Positions 24,153 through 34,098 of a DNA stretch of 64,000 nucleotides are shown here, one piece after another (positions within the stretch are counted from its first letter, which is position 1; every line of letters begins with the position of its first letter). Made by a program: the position numbers and the translations under genes. The stretch is from Gaiellaceae bacterium (GTDB lineage: Bacteria > Actinomycetota > Thermoleophilia > Gaiellales > Gaiellaceae). Under the pieces are notes generated by a model that made no database searches, was not told the DNA's origin, and saw nothing but the letters and a program-made list of their open reading frames with translations. The stretch spans positions 4,001 through 68,000 of the forward strand of contig DATCBP010000023.1 in the NCBI GenBank assembly GCA_036511815.1, written 5' to 3'.

Positions 24153-26681
24153 TCATCGGAGGACGAACCCGAGACGCCTGCTGCTCGCCGGACCGCCGTC
24201 GACCGGATAGGCGACGACACGCACGACGTAGCGCCCGGGCGCGAGGCGCCGGCCGTCCAGGGCGCGCCCGGTGAGCCCGAACGTGTAGCGGCCCGGGAGC
24301 ACGTCGCGCATCCGTGCGAGCACGCCGACCCGGCCTCCGCCCGCCCGCCAGAGCTCGATGTCGAGCCGCCGCAGCGGCAGGATCTCCGGGCGTCCCGCAA
24401 CGTCGAGCACGCGACCGGCGTCGAGCGAGAGCACCACGGGCGCGGTGTCCGACGGTTTGAAGGCGTGCGACGAGAGCACCGCGAAGCGGATCAGTTCGAC
24501 CGGCGACTCTCCCGGCGCGATCGCCCAGGGCACGCGGACCGGCGTTGCGCCGGCGACGCGCGCGACCACCTCGCCGGCACCGGCCAGCGTCGGCGCTGCC
24601 GTGACGTGCACGACCACGCTGGCGCCGGCCCGCATGTGCATGACGTCGAGCGGAGGCGATACGGCGACCTCCGCCGCGCGCGCTGAGAGATTCCTGAGCG
24701 TGAACGTCACGCGCGCGTGACCCCGGACGAGCGCGACGGTGGCCGGAGACGCGGCAAGCTCGCCCGCGACGGCTGCGCGGATGTCGACCCGCCCCGCTCC
24801 CTGCGCGGTCACGGGCTCGTCCACGAGCGGCCGCGCGGTACCGGCGAGCAGGCTCTTCAGCGTGGCCGCGTCGAGCGACGGCCGAGCCTGCGCGAGCAGC
24901 GCCGCCGCTCCTGCAACGACGGCCGCGGCTGCGCTGGAGCCGTTGACCGTGACGAAGCGCGGCGACCCGTCCGCGTTGGCTCCCGGGTCGGCGGTCGCGA
25001 GTGCGACACCGGGCGCGACGAGGTCCGGCTTCACGCCGCCGCCGAAGGCGAGACCGGTGGAGGAGAATCCCGCCACCGTCCCCCACGCCGCGTTCGCGGC
25101 CGGGGCCGCGGGACGAAGCGCCAGCGTCGCTGCCGAGCCGGCGGCGAGCTGCGCGAGCACAGCCCGCGCCACGTCGGCCGGCACGGAGACGACGGGAACC
25201 GGCACGGCCTCGTCAAGTCCGAGCGCACCCGCGGGCACCGCCGGCCCGTCGCCGTAGAGGATCACCGCCGCCGCACCGGCGGCAGCCGCACGCTCGGCTG
25301 CCGGAGCCGGTGACGCGCCCATCGGCACGAGCGCAGCCCGGCCCGTGACGATGCTCGCTCCGGCACGCGTGAAGAAGTCGCTCAACGGCGGCGCCGTCGA
25401 ACCTCCGCCCGCAGCCGCTCCCCGCGGCGCCGCGATGCGCAGATCGAGCCGGCGCGCAGGAAGCACGGCGCCGGCTAGCGGCGCGGTCGCGTCGAGCAGC
25501 GTCCTCAACCCGCTGCGCACGAGGAGCCGCGCACGATCGATCCCCGACCGCGCGTCGAGCGCGCCGACGGTGAGCGCGTCCGGTGCTCCGCCCGGACCGG
25601 AGACGTCACCGGAGCCGGCCGCAGCGGCGCCGTCGTTTCCGGCGGGCGCGACGACGAGCGTGTCGAGCGCGAGCGCGCCCGCCACGGCACGCGCGTCGGG
25701 CCCGTCCGCGAAGCCCGCGAACGGCTCGGCCAGCGCGACGAGCGCAATCCGGGCCGCGTCGTGCGCATCCCCGTCGTTGTTGGGATCGACGGCCCGGTCG
25801 AGTCCGGCGACGATCTGGTCGCTGCGCGCGTAGATCGCCCAGTGTCCGAGCGCATCGGGCTGCCAGCCGGCCACCCGGATCGGCAGCACGGACGCACCGG
25901 TCGAGACCCCGGCCAGACCGGAGGGCCCGCCGCCGCCGACGAGCAGCCCGGCCATCTCGGTGCCGTGCCGCTCGACCTGCGCAGGATCGCCCGGGCTGAC
26001 GGCGGCGAGTGCGTCCGGATCGCCTCCGAGCACGTCGATGCCGGCGCGCACGCGACCGCGCAGGTACGGCACGGCCGAGTCGACGCCCGTGTCGAGCAAG
26101 GCGATCGTGACGCCGCGGCCGTCGAGGCCGGCGACATCGAGCGCCGCTCGATGGCCCGAGCCGGGCCCGAAGTCCGCGCGTGCGAGCACGTGCGTCGAGA
26201 CCGACGCGGGATACGCGACCCGCACCGGATAGACGCCGGCAACGTCCGGGTCGCGCTCGATCGACGGGACATCGCTCGGATCGACGGAGGCAGAGAAGCC
26301 GTCGAGCACGCGGGCGAAGCTGTAGTCGGGATGTAGGACGATCCCGCTCCGGGCGAGGCGGGCAACGAGCCGTGTCTGCGCCGAGAGCGCCGCCGTCGTC
26401 CATGCGCGCTCTTGCCGCGCGGCCGCGCTGCCGCCGTGCGCGGCGACGCGCTGCGCGAGCGACGGCGTCTTCAAGATGACGATCACGCGGTCGCCGAGCT
26501 CGACGCGCGGCCGCGAGCCCACGAGCCCGCGCCAGGAGGAGGCCGCCGACGCGATCACCGGGCTCCCTCCTGCCCCCTTGCCGCCGGCCGCCAACGACGC
26601 CGACGTCACGGCCGCCGTCAGGAACGCAAGTGCAAGGACGGCATGCCGCGGCTCAGCGCGATGCGTACGCATCGAGGCCAA
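24153..26681 (-). CDS. secreted subtilisin-like serine protease (peptidase S8)
   Basis: 842 aa, signal-like AVLALAFLTAAVTSASLAAG. Triad contexts LLDTGVD, HGTEMAG and GSSAAAAVVAGAAALL. The start is uncertain (it overlaps the tsaD end). Confidence 0.8.
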   Translation of the reverse strand: MASMRTHRAEPRHAVLALAFLTAAVTSASLAAGGKGAGGSPVIASAASSWRGLVGSRPRVELGDRVIVILKTPSLAQRVAAHGGSAAARQERAWTTAALSAQTRLVARLARSGIVLHPDYSFARVLDGFSASVDPSDVPSIERDPDVAGVYPVRVAYPASVSTHVLARADFGPGSGHRAALDVAGLDGRGVTIALLDTGVDSAVPYLRGRVRAGIDVLGGDPDALAAVSPGDPAQVERHGTEMAGLLVGGGGPSGLAGVSTGASVLPIRVAGWQPDALGHWAIYARSDQIVAGLDRAVDPNNDGDAHDAARIALVALAEPFAGFADGPDARAVAGALALDTLVVAPAGNDGAAAAGSGDVSGPGGAPDALTVGALDARSGIDRARLLVRSGLRTLLDATAPLAGAVLPARRLDLRIAAPRGAAAGGGSTAPPLSDFFTRAGASIVTGRAALVPMGASPAPAAERAAAAGAAAVILYGDGPAVPAGALGLDEAVPVPVVSVPADVARAVLAQLAAGSAATLALRPAAPAANAAWGTVAGFSSTGLAFGGGVKPDLVAPGVALATADPGANADGSPRFVTVNGSSAAAAVVAGAAALLAQARPSLDAATLKSLLAGTARPLVDEPVTAQGAGRVDIRAAVAGELAASPATVALVRGHARVTFTLRNLSARAAEVAVSPPLDVMHMRAGASVVVHVTAAPTLAGAGEVVARVAGATPVRVPWAIAPGESPVELIRFAVLSSHAFKPSDTAPVVLSLDAGRVLDVAGRPEILPLRRLDIELWRAGGGRVGVLARMRDVLPGRYTFGLTGRALDGRRLAPGRYVVRVVAYPVDGGPASSRRLGFVLR

Positions 26682-27615
26682 GATAACCCGGGTACGCCAC
26701 GGGTGCCGCGAAGCGGCCGGCCGAGGCGATCATCGCCGCGTTGTCCGTGCAGAGGGCGAGCGGCGCGAGCGCGGCTTCCGGCAGCGCGGCGCGGAGCTCC
26801 GAGTTCGCCGCCACCCCGCCGACGACGGCGATCCGCGTCGCGGTGGTCTGCTGTGCGGCCTCGCGCGCCCGCCCGACGAGCGCGCGCACGATCGCGCGCT
26901 GGTACGAGGCGGCGAGGTCCGCGCGGCGGGCTGCGAGCTCTTCGTCGCCGAGCTCGCGGGTCGCGTACAGCAGCGCCGTCTTCAGGCCCGAGAACGAGAA
27001 GTCGAGACCGGGGACGCGCGCGACCGGGAAGTCGTACGCCTCGGGGTCACCCTCGCGGGCAAGCCGGTCGAGCTCGCTCCCGCCGGGATAGCCGAGCCCG
27101 AGCAGGCGCGCGCCCTTGTCGAACGCCTCGCCGGCCGCGTCGTCGAGCGTCGTCCCGAGCACGCGCTCGTCGAGGTGGCCGCGCACGTCGAGCAGCATCG
27201 TGTGCCCGCCGCTCGCGAGCAGGCAGAGAAACGGCGGCTCCAGCGGCTCCGGCTGAAGGTAGAGCGACGCGACATGCCCGTGCAGGTGGTCGACGGGGAC
27301 GAGCGCAAGACGGCGTGACCAGGCGATCGCCTTCGCGGCGGCGAGGCCGACGAGCAGCGCGCCGATCAGGCCGGGACCCTGCGTCACCGCAACTCGCTCG
27401 ACGTCGTCGAGCGTCGCCCCCGCCTCTGCGAGCGCCTCGCGCACGACGGGCGCGACGAGCTCCAGGTGGCGGCGCGACGCCACCTCCGGCACGACGCCGC
27501 CGTACTGTGCGTGGAGGTCGGCCTGCGACGAAACGACGTTCGCACGAATCTCACCGTCGGCGGCGACGAGCGCTGCAGCGGTCTCGTCGCACGACGTCTC
27601 GATTCCGAGGATCAC
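26653..27615 (-). CDS. tsaD: tRNA N6-adenosine threonylcarbamoyltransferase
   Basis: Start moved to the GTG at 27615 (GTGA overlap with the rimI stop). ILGIETSCDETAAA, HLHGH, SGGHT. Confidence 0.92.
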   Translation of the reverse strand: MILGIETSCDETAAALVAADGEIRANVVSSQADLHAQYGGVVPEVASRRHLELVAPVVREALAEAGATLDDVERVAVTQGPGLIGALLVGLAAAKAIAWSRRLALVPVDHLHGHVASLYLQPEPLEPPFLCLLASGGHTMLLDVRGHLDERVLGTTLDDAAGEAFDKGARLLGLGYPGGSELDRLAREGDPEAYDFPVARVPGLDFSFSGLKTALLYATRELGDEELAARRADLAASYQRAIVRALVGRAREAAQQTTATRIAVVGGVAANSELRAALPEAALAPLALCTDNAAMIASAGRFAAPVAYPGYLGLDAYASR

Positions 27616-28094
27616 GCGTCGTCGAGCTCCGAGCGCCCGACGGGCTCCTTCCACATGATCAGCGCGTCTTCCCGGTTGTCGGTGTAGTAGCCGCGCCGGA
27701 CGCCGCGCGCCTGGAAGCCGATCCGTTCGTACAGGCCGATCGCGGTGCCGTTCGAGACTCGCACCTCGAGCGTGTACCCGCGCCGCACGTCGGTGGCGGT
27801 GAGCTCGAACAGCCGCTCGAGCAGCATCGTCGCGATGCCGTGGCCGCGATGTTCGACCTCGACCGCGACGTTCATCACGTGCCACGCATCGACGTACCGG
27901 GAGACGATCAGATAGCCGCAAAGGGTTCCGTCCTCGCCGTCCACGTCGAACGCGCCGAGGCAGATCGAGCTCGGCTTCGCGAGCTCACCGGCGAACATCG
28001 AGCGCGACCAGGGCGTCGGATACGCCCGGCGCTCGATCTCCTCGATCGCCCGCAGGTCGGCGAGGCCGAGCCGGCGCAGCTCGATCGTCGTCAA
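27612..28094 (-). CDS. rimI: ribosomal-protein-alanine N-acetyltransferase (GNAT)
   Basis: 160 aa, GNAT core RGHGIATMLLERL, located between tsaB and tsaD. Confidence 0.85.
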   Translation of the reverse strand: MTTIELRRLGLADLRAIEEIERRAYPTPWSRSMFAGELAKPSSICLGAFDVDGEDGTLCGYLIVSRYVDAWHVMNVAVEVEHRGHGIATMLLERLFELTATDVRRGYTLEVRVSNGTAIGLYERIGFQARGVRRGYYTDNREDALIMWKEPVGRSELDDA

Positions 28095-28687
28095 CGGACG
28101 CTCCGCACCGCGTCGGGCTCGCGCAGGTACAGCGGCTCGATCGCGTCGACGTCGCCGAACCCGGAGGCAAGCGCAGCATGGAAGCGCGCGCGCGGCAGAT
28201 GCCGTTCGTCGTCGTCGGGCGGCACGATCGCGCCCATCTCCTCGAGGACCGTGCGATACCGGCGCGCACCGTCACCGACGCAGATCGTCCCGGCTGCGAG
28301 CCGGAGCGCCGCAGGAGCGAGCACGGCCGGAGCGCCGGCGACGAGCGTGAACACCTCGGAGCGCCGTGCGTCGACGACCGGCAGCGCGCCGGGCGCGCCG
28401 GCCGCAAGGGCGGCGAGCGTCGACACACCGGCGCCGCGCAGGTTGAGCGCGAGCGCGAGCCCACGCGCCGTGGCGAGTCCGATCCGCACGCCCGTGAAGC
28501 TACCCGGCCCGATGCCGACCGCAAGCGCGTCGAGGTCACGCGGATGCGCACCACCTTGCCGCAGCAGCGCGTCCACGTCCTCGAGCAGCGTCGACGCGCG
28601 CGAAACGCGCTCGCCGAGGACCTCGCCGTCGTCGACGAGCGCGCTCGTCGCAACCTCCGTCGCAGTGTCGAATGCCAGCGTCAACAT
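28091..28687 (-). CDS. tsaB: tRNA threonylcarbamoyladenosine biosynthesis protein TsaB
   Basis: Start moved to the ATG at 28687 (MLTLAFDTATE). GIGPGSFTGVRIG motif. Confidence 0.85.
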   Translation of the reverse strand: MLTLAFDTATEVATSALVDDGEVLGERVSRASTLLEDVDALLRQGGAHPRDLDALAVGIGPGSFTGVRIGLATARGLALALNLRGAGVSTLAALAAGAPGALPVVDARRSEVFTLVAGAPAVLAPAALRLAAGTICVGDGARRYRTVLEEMGAIVPPDDDERHLPRARFHAALASGFGDVDAIEPLYLREPDAVRSVR

Positions 28688-29097
28688 TCGTCGATCGAGA
28701 CGACCCTCCGGGCTCCTCCAGCATGCCGCAAGCGAACGGTGAAGCGGGGTGGCGGCAGGACGCCCTCGCCGGCCTCGGGCCATTCCACGAACGCGATCGA
28801 GCGGTCGAAGTACGGCTCGAGATCGCCCCATTCCGCCGCCGAGACGCCCTGGAACCGGTAGAGGTCGAGGTGCGACACCTCGCCGTCGACCGCGTGGTAG
28901 CGGTGACCGATCGTGTAGGTCGGGCTCGTCACGCGCTCGCGGACGCCGAGGGCTTCGCACGCGCCGCGCACGAACGTCGTCTTCCCGGCGCCGAGCTCGC
29001 CGGCCACGGTGACCACGTCACCGGGCGCGAGCCGCACGGCGAGGCCGGCAGCGAGCGCCTCGGTCTCCTCCGGCGACGTCGTCTCCGTTTCCGTCAT
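28681..29097 (-). CDS. tsaE: tRNA threonylcarbamoyladenosine biosynthesis ATPase TsaE
   Basis: Start moved to the ATG at 29097. GELGAGKTTF P-loop, SPTYTI, HLDLYR. 138 aa. Confidence 0.88.
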   Translation of the reverse strand: MTETETTSPEETEALAAGLAVRLAPGDVVTVAGELGAGKTTFVRGACEALGVRERVTSPTYTIGHRYHAVDGEVSHLDLYRFQGVSAAEWGDLEPYFDRSIAFVEWPEAGEGVLPPPRFTVRLRHAGGARRVVSIDEC

Positions 29098-29121
29098 CGC
29101 CCAAAGCGTAGAGTCACGACC

Positions 29122-29409
29122 ATGCCTGCGTATCTGATCGTCGAGACCGACATCGTGGATCCCGAGCAGTATGAGCAGTACAAGGCGGCGTCGCCCGGCG
29201 CGGTGGCGGCCGGCGGCGGCAGGTTCGTCGCGCGCGGCGGCGAGCTCACCGTCCTCGAGGGCGACTGGCATCCCAACCGTCTGGTCGTGCTGGAGTTCGA
29301 TGACCTCGACGCCGTCAAGCGGTTCTACGACTCGCCCGAGTACCAGGCCGCAAAAGCGCTCCGCGAGGGCGCTGCGACGCTCCGCATGGTCGCTGTCGAG
29401 GGCCTCTAG
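29122..29409 (+). CDS. DUF1330 domain protein
   Basis: Start moved to the ATG at 29122. MPAYLIVETDIVDPEQYEQYK...VVLEFDDLDAVKRFYDSPEYQ is typical of DUF1330. 95 aa. Confidence 0.7.
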   Translation: MPAYLIVETDIVDPEQYEQYKAASPGAVAAGGGRFVARGGELTVLEGDWHPNRLVVLEFDDLDAVKRFYDSPEYQAAKALREGAATLRMVAVEGL

Positions 29410-30074
29410 AACAGGCCGAGCTGCTCGGCCGGCGGGTGGGGCGGGACGAGCGCGAGCTCCGGTTCGGCCGGCGTCACCGCGGCTCCGGGCGTTCGCCCCA
29501 TCAGCTCGGGCAGCCGCGCGAAGTCGGACTCCAGCACCTTGAGCATCGCCGGCGTGTAGAGGGCCGCGGCAGGGTGGTAAAGCGGATAGAGGAGCACACT
29601 GCGAGTGCCGATCGTCGTCTGCTGCTCCTGACCGTGCACGCGCGTGATCCCGAGCGGTCGGCCGGAGAGGAGCTTCGTCGCGAAGTTGCCGAGCGTCGCG
29701 ACGACGGTCGGCTCGATCAGCTCGATCTGGCGGAAGAGGTGGCTTTCGCACGCCTCGATCTCGTCGGGCTGCGGGTCGCGGTTGCCGGGAGGCCGGCATT
29801 TCAAGACATTCGCGACGAAGACGTCGCTGCGCTGGAGCCCGATGCCCGCGAGCAGCTTGTCGAGGAGCTTTCCCGCCTGGCCGACGAACGGCACGCCCTG
29901 CTTGTCCTCGTGGAAGCCGGGGGCCTCGCCGACGAACATCAGATCCGCCGTCGGGCTGCCGGAACCGAACACGACCTGCGTGCGTCCCTGCGCGAGGCGG
30001 CAGCGCGTACAGCCGGCTACCGCGTCGGCAAAGACCTGAAGCTCGTCGAGATGCTCGACGGGAACGGCGCTCAC
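29406..30074 (-). CDS. uracil-DNA glycosylase, family 4 (Fe-S type)
   Basis: Start set to the GTG at 30074. [35 protein letters not shown] motifs. Confidence 0.85.
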   Translation of the reverse strand: MSAVPVEHLDELQVFADAVAGCTRCRLAQGRTQVVFGSGSPTADLMFVGEAPGFHEDKQGVPFVGQAGKLLDKLLAGIGLQRSDVFVANVLKCRPPGNRDPQPDEIEACESHLFRQIELIEPTVVATLGNFATKLLSGRPLGITRVHGQEQQTTIGTRSVLLYPLYHPAAALYTPAMLKVLESDFARLPELMGRTPGAAVTPAEPELALVPPHPPAEQLGLF

Positions 30075-30105
30075 GGGCGGTGAGTGTACGGCGCCTCCCG
30101 GACGG

Positions 30106-30552
30106 TCAGCGCTTGATCGACAGGACGCGCGCCCGCCACGTTCCCCGCGGCGCTTCGACCGTGATCTCGTCGCCGACCGAGCGCCCGAGCACGGCACGGC
30201 CGACGGGCGAATCCGGCGAGACGCCGCCGACGCTGGAGATGTCGAGCGTCAAATGCTCGCCGTCGTCCCGCTCGAGCTCGATCTGCGAGCCGACGGTGAC
30301 GACGCCGCTCGCCGCTGCGGCCACCTCGTCGATCACGACCGCGTCGCGCAGGCGCGCGCGGAGCATCGTGATCCGCCGCTCGAGCAGGCCTTGCTCGTTC
30401 TTCGCGGAGTGGTACTCGAAGTTCTCGGAAAGATCGCCGTGCGCGCGCGCGACTGCGATCGCCTCGACGATCGCCTTGCGGCGCGGTCCCTCGAGCTCCG
30501 CGAGCTCGCCTGCGAGCTGCTCGCGCTCGGCGGCGGTGAGCTGGTCGCCCAC
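30106..30552 (-). CDS. greA: transcription elongation factor GreA
   Basis: 148 aa, AHGDLSENFEYHSAKNEQ and C-terminal SPVGRAVLGRSVGDEI. GTG start in a TAGTG overlap with the upstream gene. Confidence 0.9.
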   Translation of the reverse strand: MGDQLTAAEREQLAGELAELEGPRRKAIVEAIAVARAHGDLSENFEYHSAKNEQGLLERRITMLRARLRDAVVIDEVAAAASGVVTVGSQIELERDDGEHLTLDISSVGGVSPDSPVGRAVLGRSVGDEITVEAPRGTWRARVLSIKR

Positions 30553-30764
30553 TAGTGGCAGCCGCAGGAACCGCCGCAGCAGCCGCCGCCGCTGGGTCTG
30601 CTGCTGAAGCCGGGCTGTGTCGACGCGCCGTGCACGGCGAACGTCGAGAACTGGCGCGCGACGTTCGTCGCCTCACAGTCCGGGCACGCGACCTGCTGCT
30701 CTCCGCGGACGAGCTCCTCGAAATGCGACTCGCACTCCATGCACACGTACTCGTAGATTGGCAC
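30552..30764 (-). CDS. FmdB-family zinc-ribbon protein with a Cys/Gly-rich tail
   Basis: Start moved to the second GTG, giving (M)PIYEYVCMECESHFE...CPDCE. Tail GGGCCGGSCGCH. Confidence 0.75.
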   Translation of the reverse strand: MPIYEYVCMECESHFEELVRGEQQVACPDCEATNVARQFSTFAVHGASTQPGFSSRPSGGGCCGGSCGCH

Positions 30765-30773
30765 GCCCACAGT

Positions 30774-31739
30774 CTACGCACCGAGCGCCCGAGCGAGCGT
30801 CGCCGCCGTGACATTGCGGCCGGTGACGAGGGCCACGGTGGTTCCGCGGCGCTCGATCTTGCCCGCCAGCAGGGCCGCGACGGCTGCTGCGCCCGAGCCC
30901 TCGGCGACGAGCCCATGCTCGCGGACGAGGAAGCGCATCGCTGCCGCGATCTCCTCCTCGCTCACCTCGACGACGCCGGACAGATGCTCGCGCGCGAGCG
31001 CAACGGTGACGCTGCCCAACTCGATGTTGCCGGCGAGCCCGTCCGCGAACGTGTCGAGCACCGGCACGTCGACGATCCGTCCCTGTTCGAACGCGACGCG
31101 AAACGCGGGGGACGCCGCGGCCACCACGCCGACCACGCGTGCTCCCGCCGGAGCGGCGACGAGCGCGACGCCGGCGGCAAGCCCGCCGCCGCCGGTCGGG
31201 CACACGACGGTCAGCTCTGGGCCGAGGCTACTCAGCAGTTCGAGCGCCAACGTGCCCTGTCCCGCGATCACCTCGCGGTCGTTGTACGCCGAGACGTAGC
31301 GCCGACCGTCCGCCGCGAGCTCGAGCGCGTGGCGTTCCGCCTCGTCGTACCCGGCGCCGTGAACGACGAGCTCCGCGGGGAGGCGGCGCAGCGCCTCCAC
31401 CTTCGCGGGCGAGGCCGTCTCGGCGACGACGACCGTCGCGTCGATCCCCAGCCGCCCGGCGGCCCAGGCGACCGCCAGCCCGTGATTCCCGGCAGAGGCG
31501 GTGACGACGCTCTCGCCCGCACCGAGCGCGGTGAGCGCCGCGACCGCGCCGCGTACCTTGAACGACCCGGTCGGCTGGAACGTCTCGAGCTTGAGCAGGG
31601 CGCCAAGCTCCGCGCTCTCGACGAGCGGCGTCGGCGCCAGGAGCTCGCGAACACGCACGTGGCACACGTGCACGTCCGCGACCGTCGGGGCCTCGACGTC
31701 CCTCACCGGGGCGACGGTACACTGTTCATTGCCCGGCAT
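30774..31739 (-). CDS. PLP-dependent threonine/serine dehydratase-like enzyme (no ACT regulatory domain)
   Basis: 321 aa, LETFQPTGSFKVRGA PLP-lysine motif, GGGGLAAG loop. Confidence 0.8.
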   Translation of the reverse strand: MPGNEQCTVAPVRDVEAPTVADVHVCHVRVRELLAPTPLVESAELGALLKLETFQPTGSFKVRGAVAALTALGAGESVVTASAGNHGLAVAWAAGRLGIDATVVVAETASPAKVEALRRLPAELVVHGAGYDEAERHALELAADGRRYVSAYNDREVIAGQGTLALELLSSLGPELTVVCPTGGGGLAAGVALVAAPAGARVVGVVAAASPAFRVAFEQGRIVDVPVLDTFADGLAGNIELGSVTVALAREHLSGVVEVSEEEIAAAMRFLVREHGLVAEGSGAAAVAALLAGKIERRGTTVALVTGRNVTAATLARALGA

Positions 31740-31763
31740 CCGCTACGGAGCTGGAGCGACAAC

Positions 31764-32432
31764 GTGATCAACCGTATTCATGTCATCGGCTCGGGCCGTG
31801 TCGGCTCGGCTGTCGCTGCGAGGTTGCGCGAGCGCGGCCTCGCGGTGGGCGTCGACGATCCCGAGCTCGTGCTCCTGTGCGTTCCTGACTCCGCGATCGA
31901 GGAGGTTGCCGGGAGCGTCGCCCAGGGCCCATGGGTCGCGCACGTGAGCGGTGCGACCCCACTCGCTGCGCTCGCGCCGCACACCCGGCGTTTCAGCGTG
32001 CACCCGCTCCAGACGTTCACGCGCACGCGTGGGCCGGAGCAGCTCGACGGCGCGTGGGCCGCCGTCACCGCGGAGACGGAACCGGCCCGCGCGCTCGGCG
32101 TCTGGCTGGCGGAGACGCTCGGCCTGAAGCCGTTCGAGCTCGACGACTCCGCGCGGACGCTCTACCACGCCGGCGCCGTCTTCGCCTCGAACTACATCGT
32201 GACGATGCAGCGCGCGGCGTCGCTCCTGTTCGAGACGGTGGACGCGCCGCCGGAAGCCCTCGAGCCGCTGATGCTCCGCACGATCGAGAACGGCTTCGAG
32301 CTGACGGGGCCGATCTCGCGCGGCGACTGGTCGACGATCGACGCGCACCGCGCCGCCATCCACACGGCGCTGCCCGAGCTCGAACAGCTCTACGAGACGC
32401 TCGCCGCCGCAACCGCGGAGCTGGCAACGTGA
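31764..32432 (+). CDS. Rossmann-fold / DUF2520 domain protein
   Basis: Start set to the GTG at 31764 (GGAG 7 nt upstream): INRIHVIGSGRVGSAVAARL. The C-terminal YHAGAVFASNY...GPISRGD pattern is that of DUF2520. GTGA overlap with panC. Confidence 0.7.
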   Translation: MINRIHVIGSGRVGSAVAARLRERGLAVGVDDPELVLLCVPDSAIEEVAGSVAQGPWVAHVSGATPLAALAPHTRRFSVHPLQTFTRTRGPEQLDGAWAAVTAETEPARALGVWLAETLGLKPFELDDSARTLYHAGAVFASNYIVTMQRAASLLFETVDAPPEALEPLMLRTIENGFELTGPISRGDWSTIDAHRAAIHTALPELEQLYETLAAATAELAT

Positions 32433-33220
32433 AGACGATCCGCACGATTGCAGGTGTGCGCGCGGAGCTCGGCGGCGACCGCGTCGGCCTCGTACCGACG
32501 ATGGGCGCGCTGCACGACGGCCACTGCTCGCTCTTCCGGGCTGCGCGCTCCGAGAACGATGTCGTCGTCGCGTCGCTGTTCGTCAATCCCGCGCAGTTCG
32601 GCGACGCCGCCGACCTCGCCGCGTACCCACGGGACGAGGCACGTGACGCACGGCTCGCCGACGAGGCGGGGGTCGACATCCTGTTCGCGCCGGCGCTCGA
32701 GGAGATGTACCCCGCCGGCTTCGCCACCTGGGTCGACATCGAGGGCGCCGCGAGCGGGCTCGAAGGCGACGCACGCCCCGGCCACTTCCGCGCCGTCGCC
32801 ACCGTCTGCACGAAGCTCTTTACGATCGTCCAGCCGGTGCGCGCCTACTTCGGCCAGAAGGACGCCCAGCAGGCGGCGGTCGTACGGCAGCTCGTCCGGG
32901 ACCTGAACCTCCCGCTCGAGATCCGCGTCGTGCCGACCGTTCGCGACTCCGACCGGCTCGCCCTCTCTTCTCGCAACGTCCACCTCTCGCCGGCGGAGCG
33001 CGAACAGGCGCGCACGATTCCGGACGCCCTGACGGCGGGCGCCGTCGCGTTCGAGGCCGGCGGCGATCCGATCGCGGCGACACGAGCCGCGCTCGACGGC
33101 CTCACCCCCGACTACGTCGAGCTACTCGACCTCGACGGCGCGCTCCTCCTCGCCACCGCCGTCCGCGTCGGCTCGATTCGTCTCATCGACAACATCCTCC
33201 TGAAGGGAGACCTCCCGTGA
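32429..33220 (+). CDS. panC: pantoate--beta-alanine ligase
   Basis: PTMGALHDGH (HxGH), FGQKDAQQ, SSRN motifs. 263 aa. Confidence 0.92.
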   Translation: MKTIRTIAGVRAELGGDRVGLVPTMGALHDGHCSLFRAARSENDVVVASLFVNPAQFGDAADLAAYPRDEARDARLADEAGVDILFAPALEEMYPAGFATWVDIEGAASGLEGDARPGHFRAVATVCTKLFTIVQPVRAYFGQKDAQQAAVVRQLVRDLNLPLEIRVVPTVRDSDRLALSSRNVHLSPAEREQARTIPDALTAGAVAFEAGGDPIAATRAALDGLTPDYVELLDLDGALLLATAVRVGSIRLIDNILLKGDLP

Positions 33221-34098
33221 CCGACAAGCCTCAACGCTACGCGTCGTGGACCGCCGGCAAGCTGCCGCTGCCGGAGCTGCTGGAGATCAAGCGGCGCGGC
33301 GAGAAGATCGTGATGGTCACCGCCTATGACGCACCGAGCGGACGTCTCGCCGACGCGGCCGGCGTCGACCTGATCCTCGTCGGCGACTCGTCCGGCATGG
33401 TGATGCACGGCCGCGAGTCGACGGTCGCCGTGTCGCTCGACGAGATCGTGTTCATGACGCAGTGGGTCACGCGCGGCGCGAAGCGGCCGCTCGTCGTCGC
33501 CGACATGCCGTTCGGCTCGTACGAGGCCTCTGACGAGGAGGCGGTTCACAACGCCGTCCGGCTCGTGAAGGAGGGCGGCGCCGACGCGGTGAAGATCGAG
33601 CGCGGCGGAACGTCGATCGACCGCGCGCGCGCGATCGCCGCCGCCGGCATTCCGGTGATGGGCCACGTCGGGCTGACGCCCCAGACGGCGACCGTGCTCG
33701 GCGGCTTCAAGGCGCAGGGTCGCACCGCCGAGCAGGCGGAGCGCCTGATCGACGAGGCGCCGGCGCTCGAGGCGGCCGGCTGCTTCGCAATCGTGATCGA
33801 AGCCGTCCCGGACGCGGTCGCACGCGCCGTGACGAAGGCGCTGGCCGTGCCGACGATCGGGATCGGAGCGGGCGCCGGCACCGACGGCCAGGTGCTCGTC
33901 TGGCACGACATGCTCGGCTACTACGACGGTCATGCGCCGCGGTTCGTGAAGCGCTACGCCGAGCTGGGCGACACGATCACCGAGGCGCTCGGCCGCTACG
34001 CCGACGAGGTGCGCAGCGGCGCGTTCCCGGAGCCGCAGCACACGTACGCGATGTCGGACGACGAGCGCGCCGCCTTCGAGGCGACGCACGAGGCCTAG
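33217..34098 (+). CDS. panB: 3-methyl-2-oxobutanoate hydroxymethyltransferase
   Basis: 293 aa, MVTAYDAPS, LVGDSSGMV, GHVGLTPQ motifs. GTGA overlap with panC. Confidence 0.93.
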   Translation: MTDKPQRYASWTAGKLPLPELLEIKRRGEKIVMVTAYDAPSGRLADAAGVDLILVGDSSGMVMHGRESTVAVSLDEIVFMTQWVTRGAKRPLVVADMPFGSYEASDEEAVHNAVRLVKEGGADAVKIERGGTSIDRARAIAAAGIPVMGHVGLTPQTATVLGGFKAQGRTAEQAERLIDEAPALEAAGCFAIVIEAVPDAVARAVTKALAVPTIGIGAGAGTDGQVLVWHDMLGYYDGHAPRFVKRYAELGDTITEALGRYADEVRSGAFPEPQHTYAMSDDERAAFEATHEA

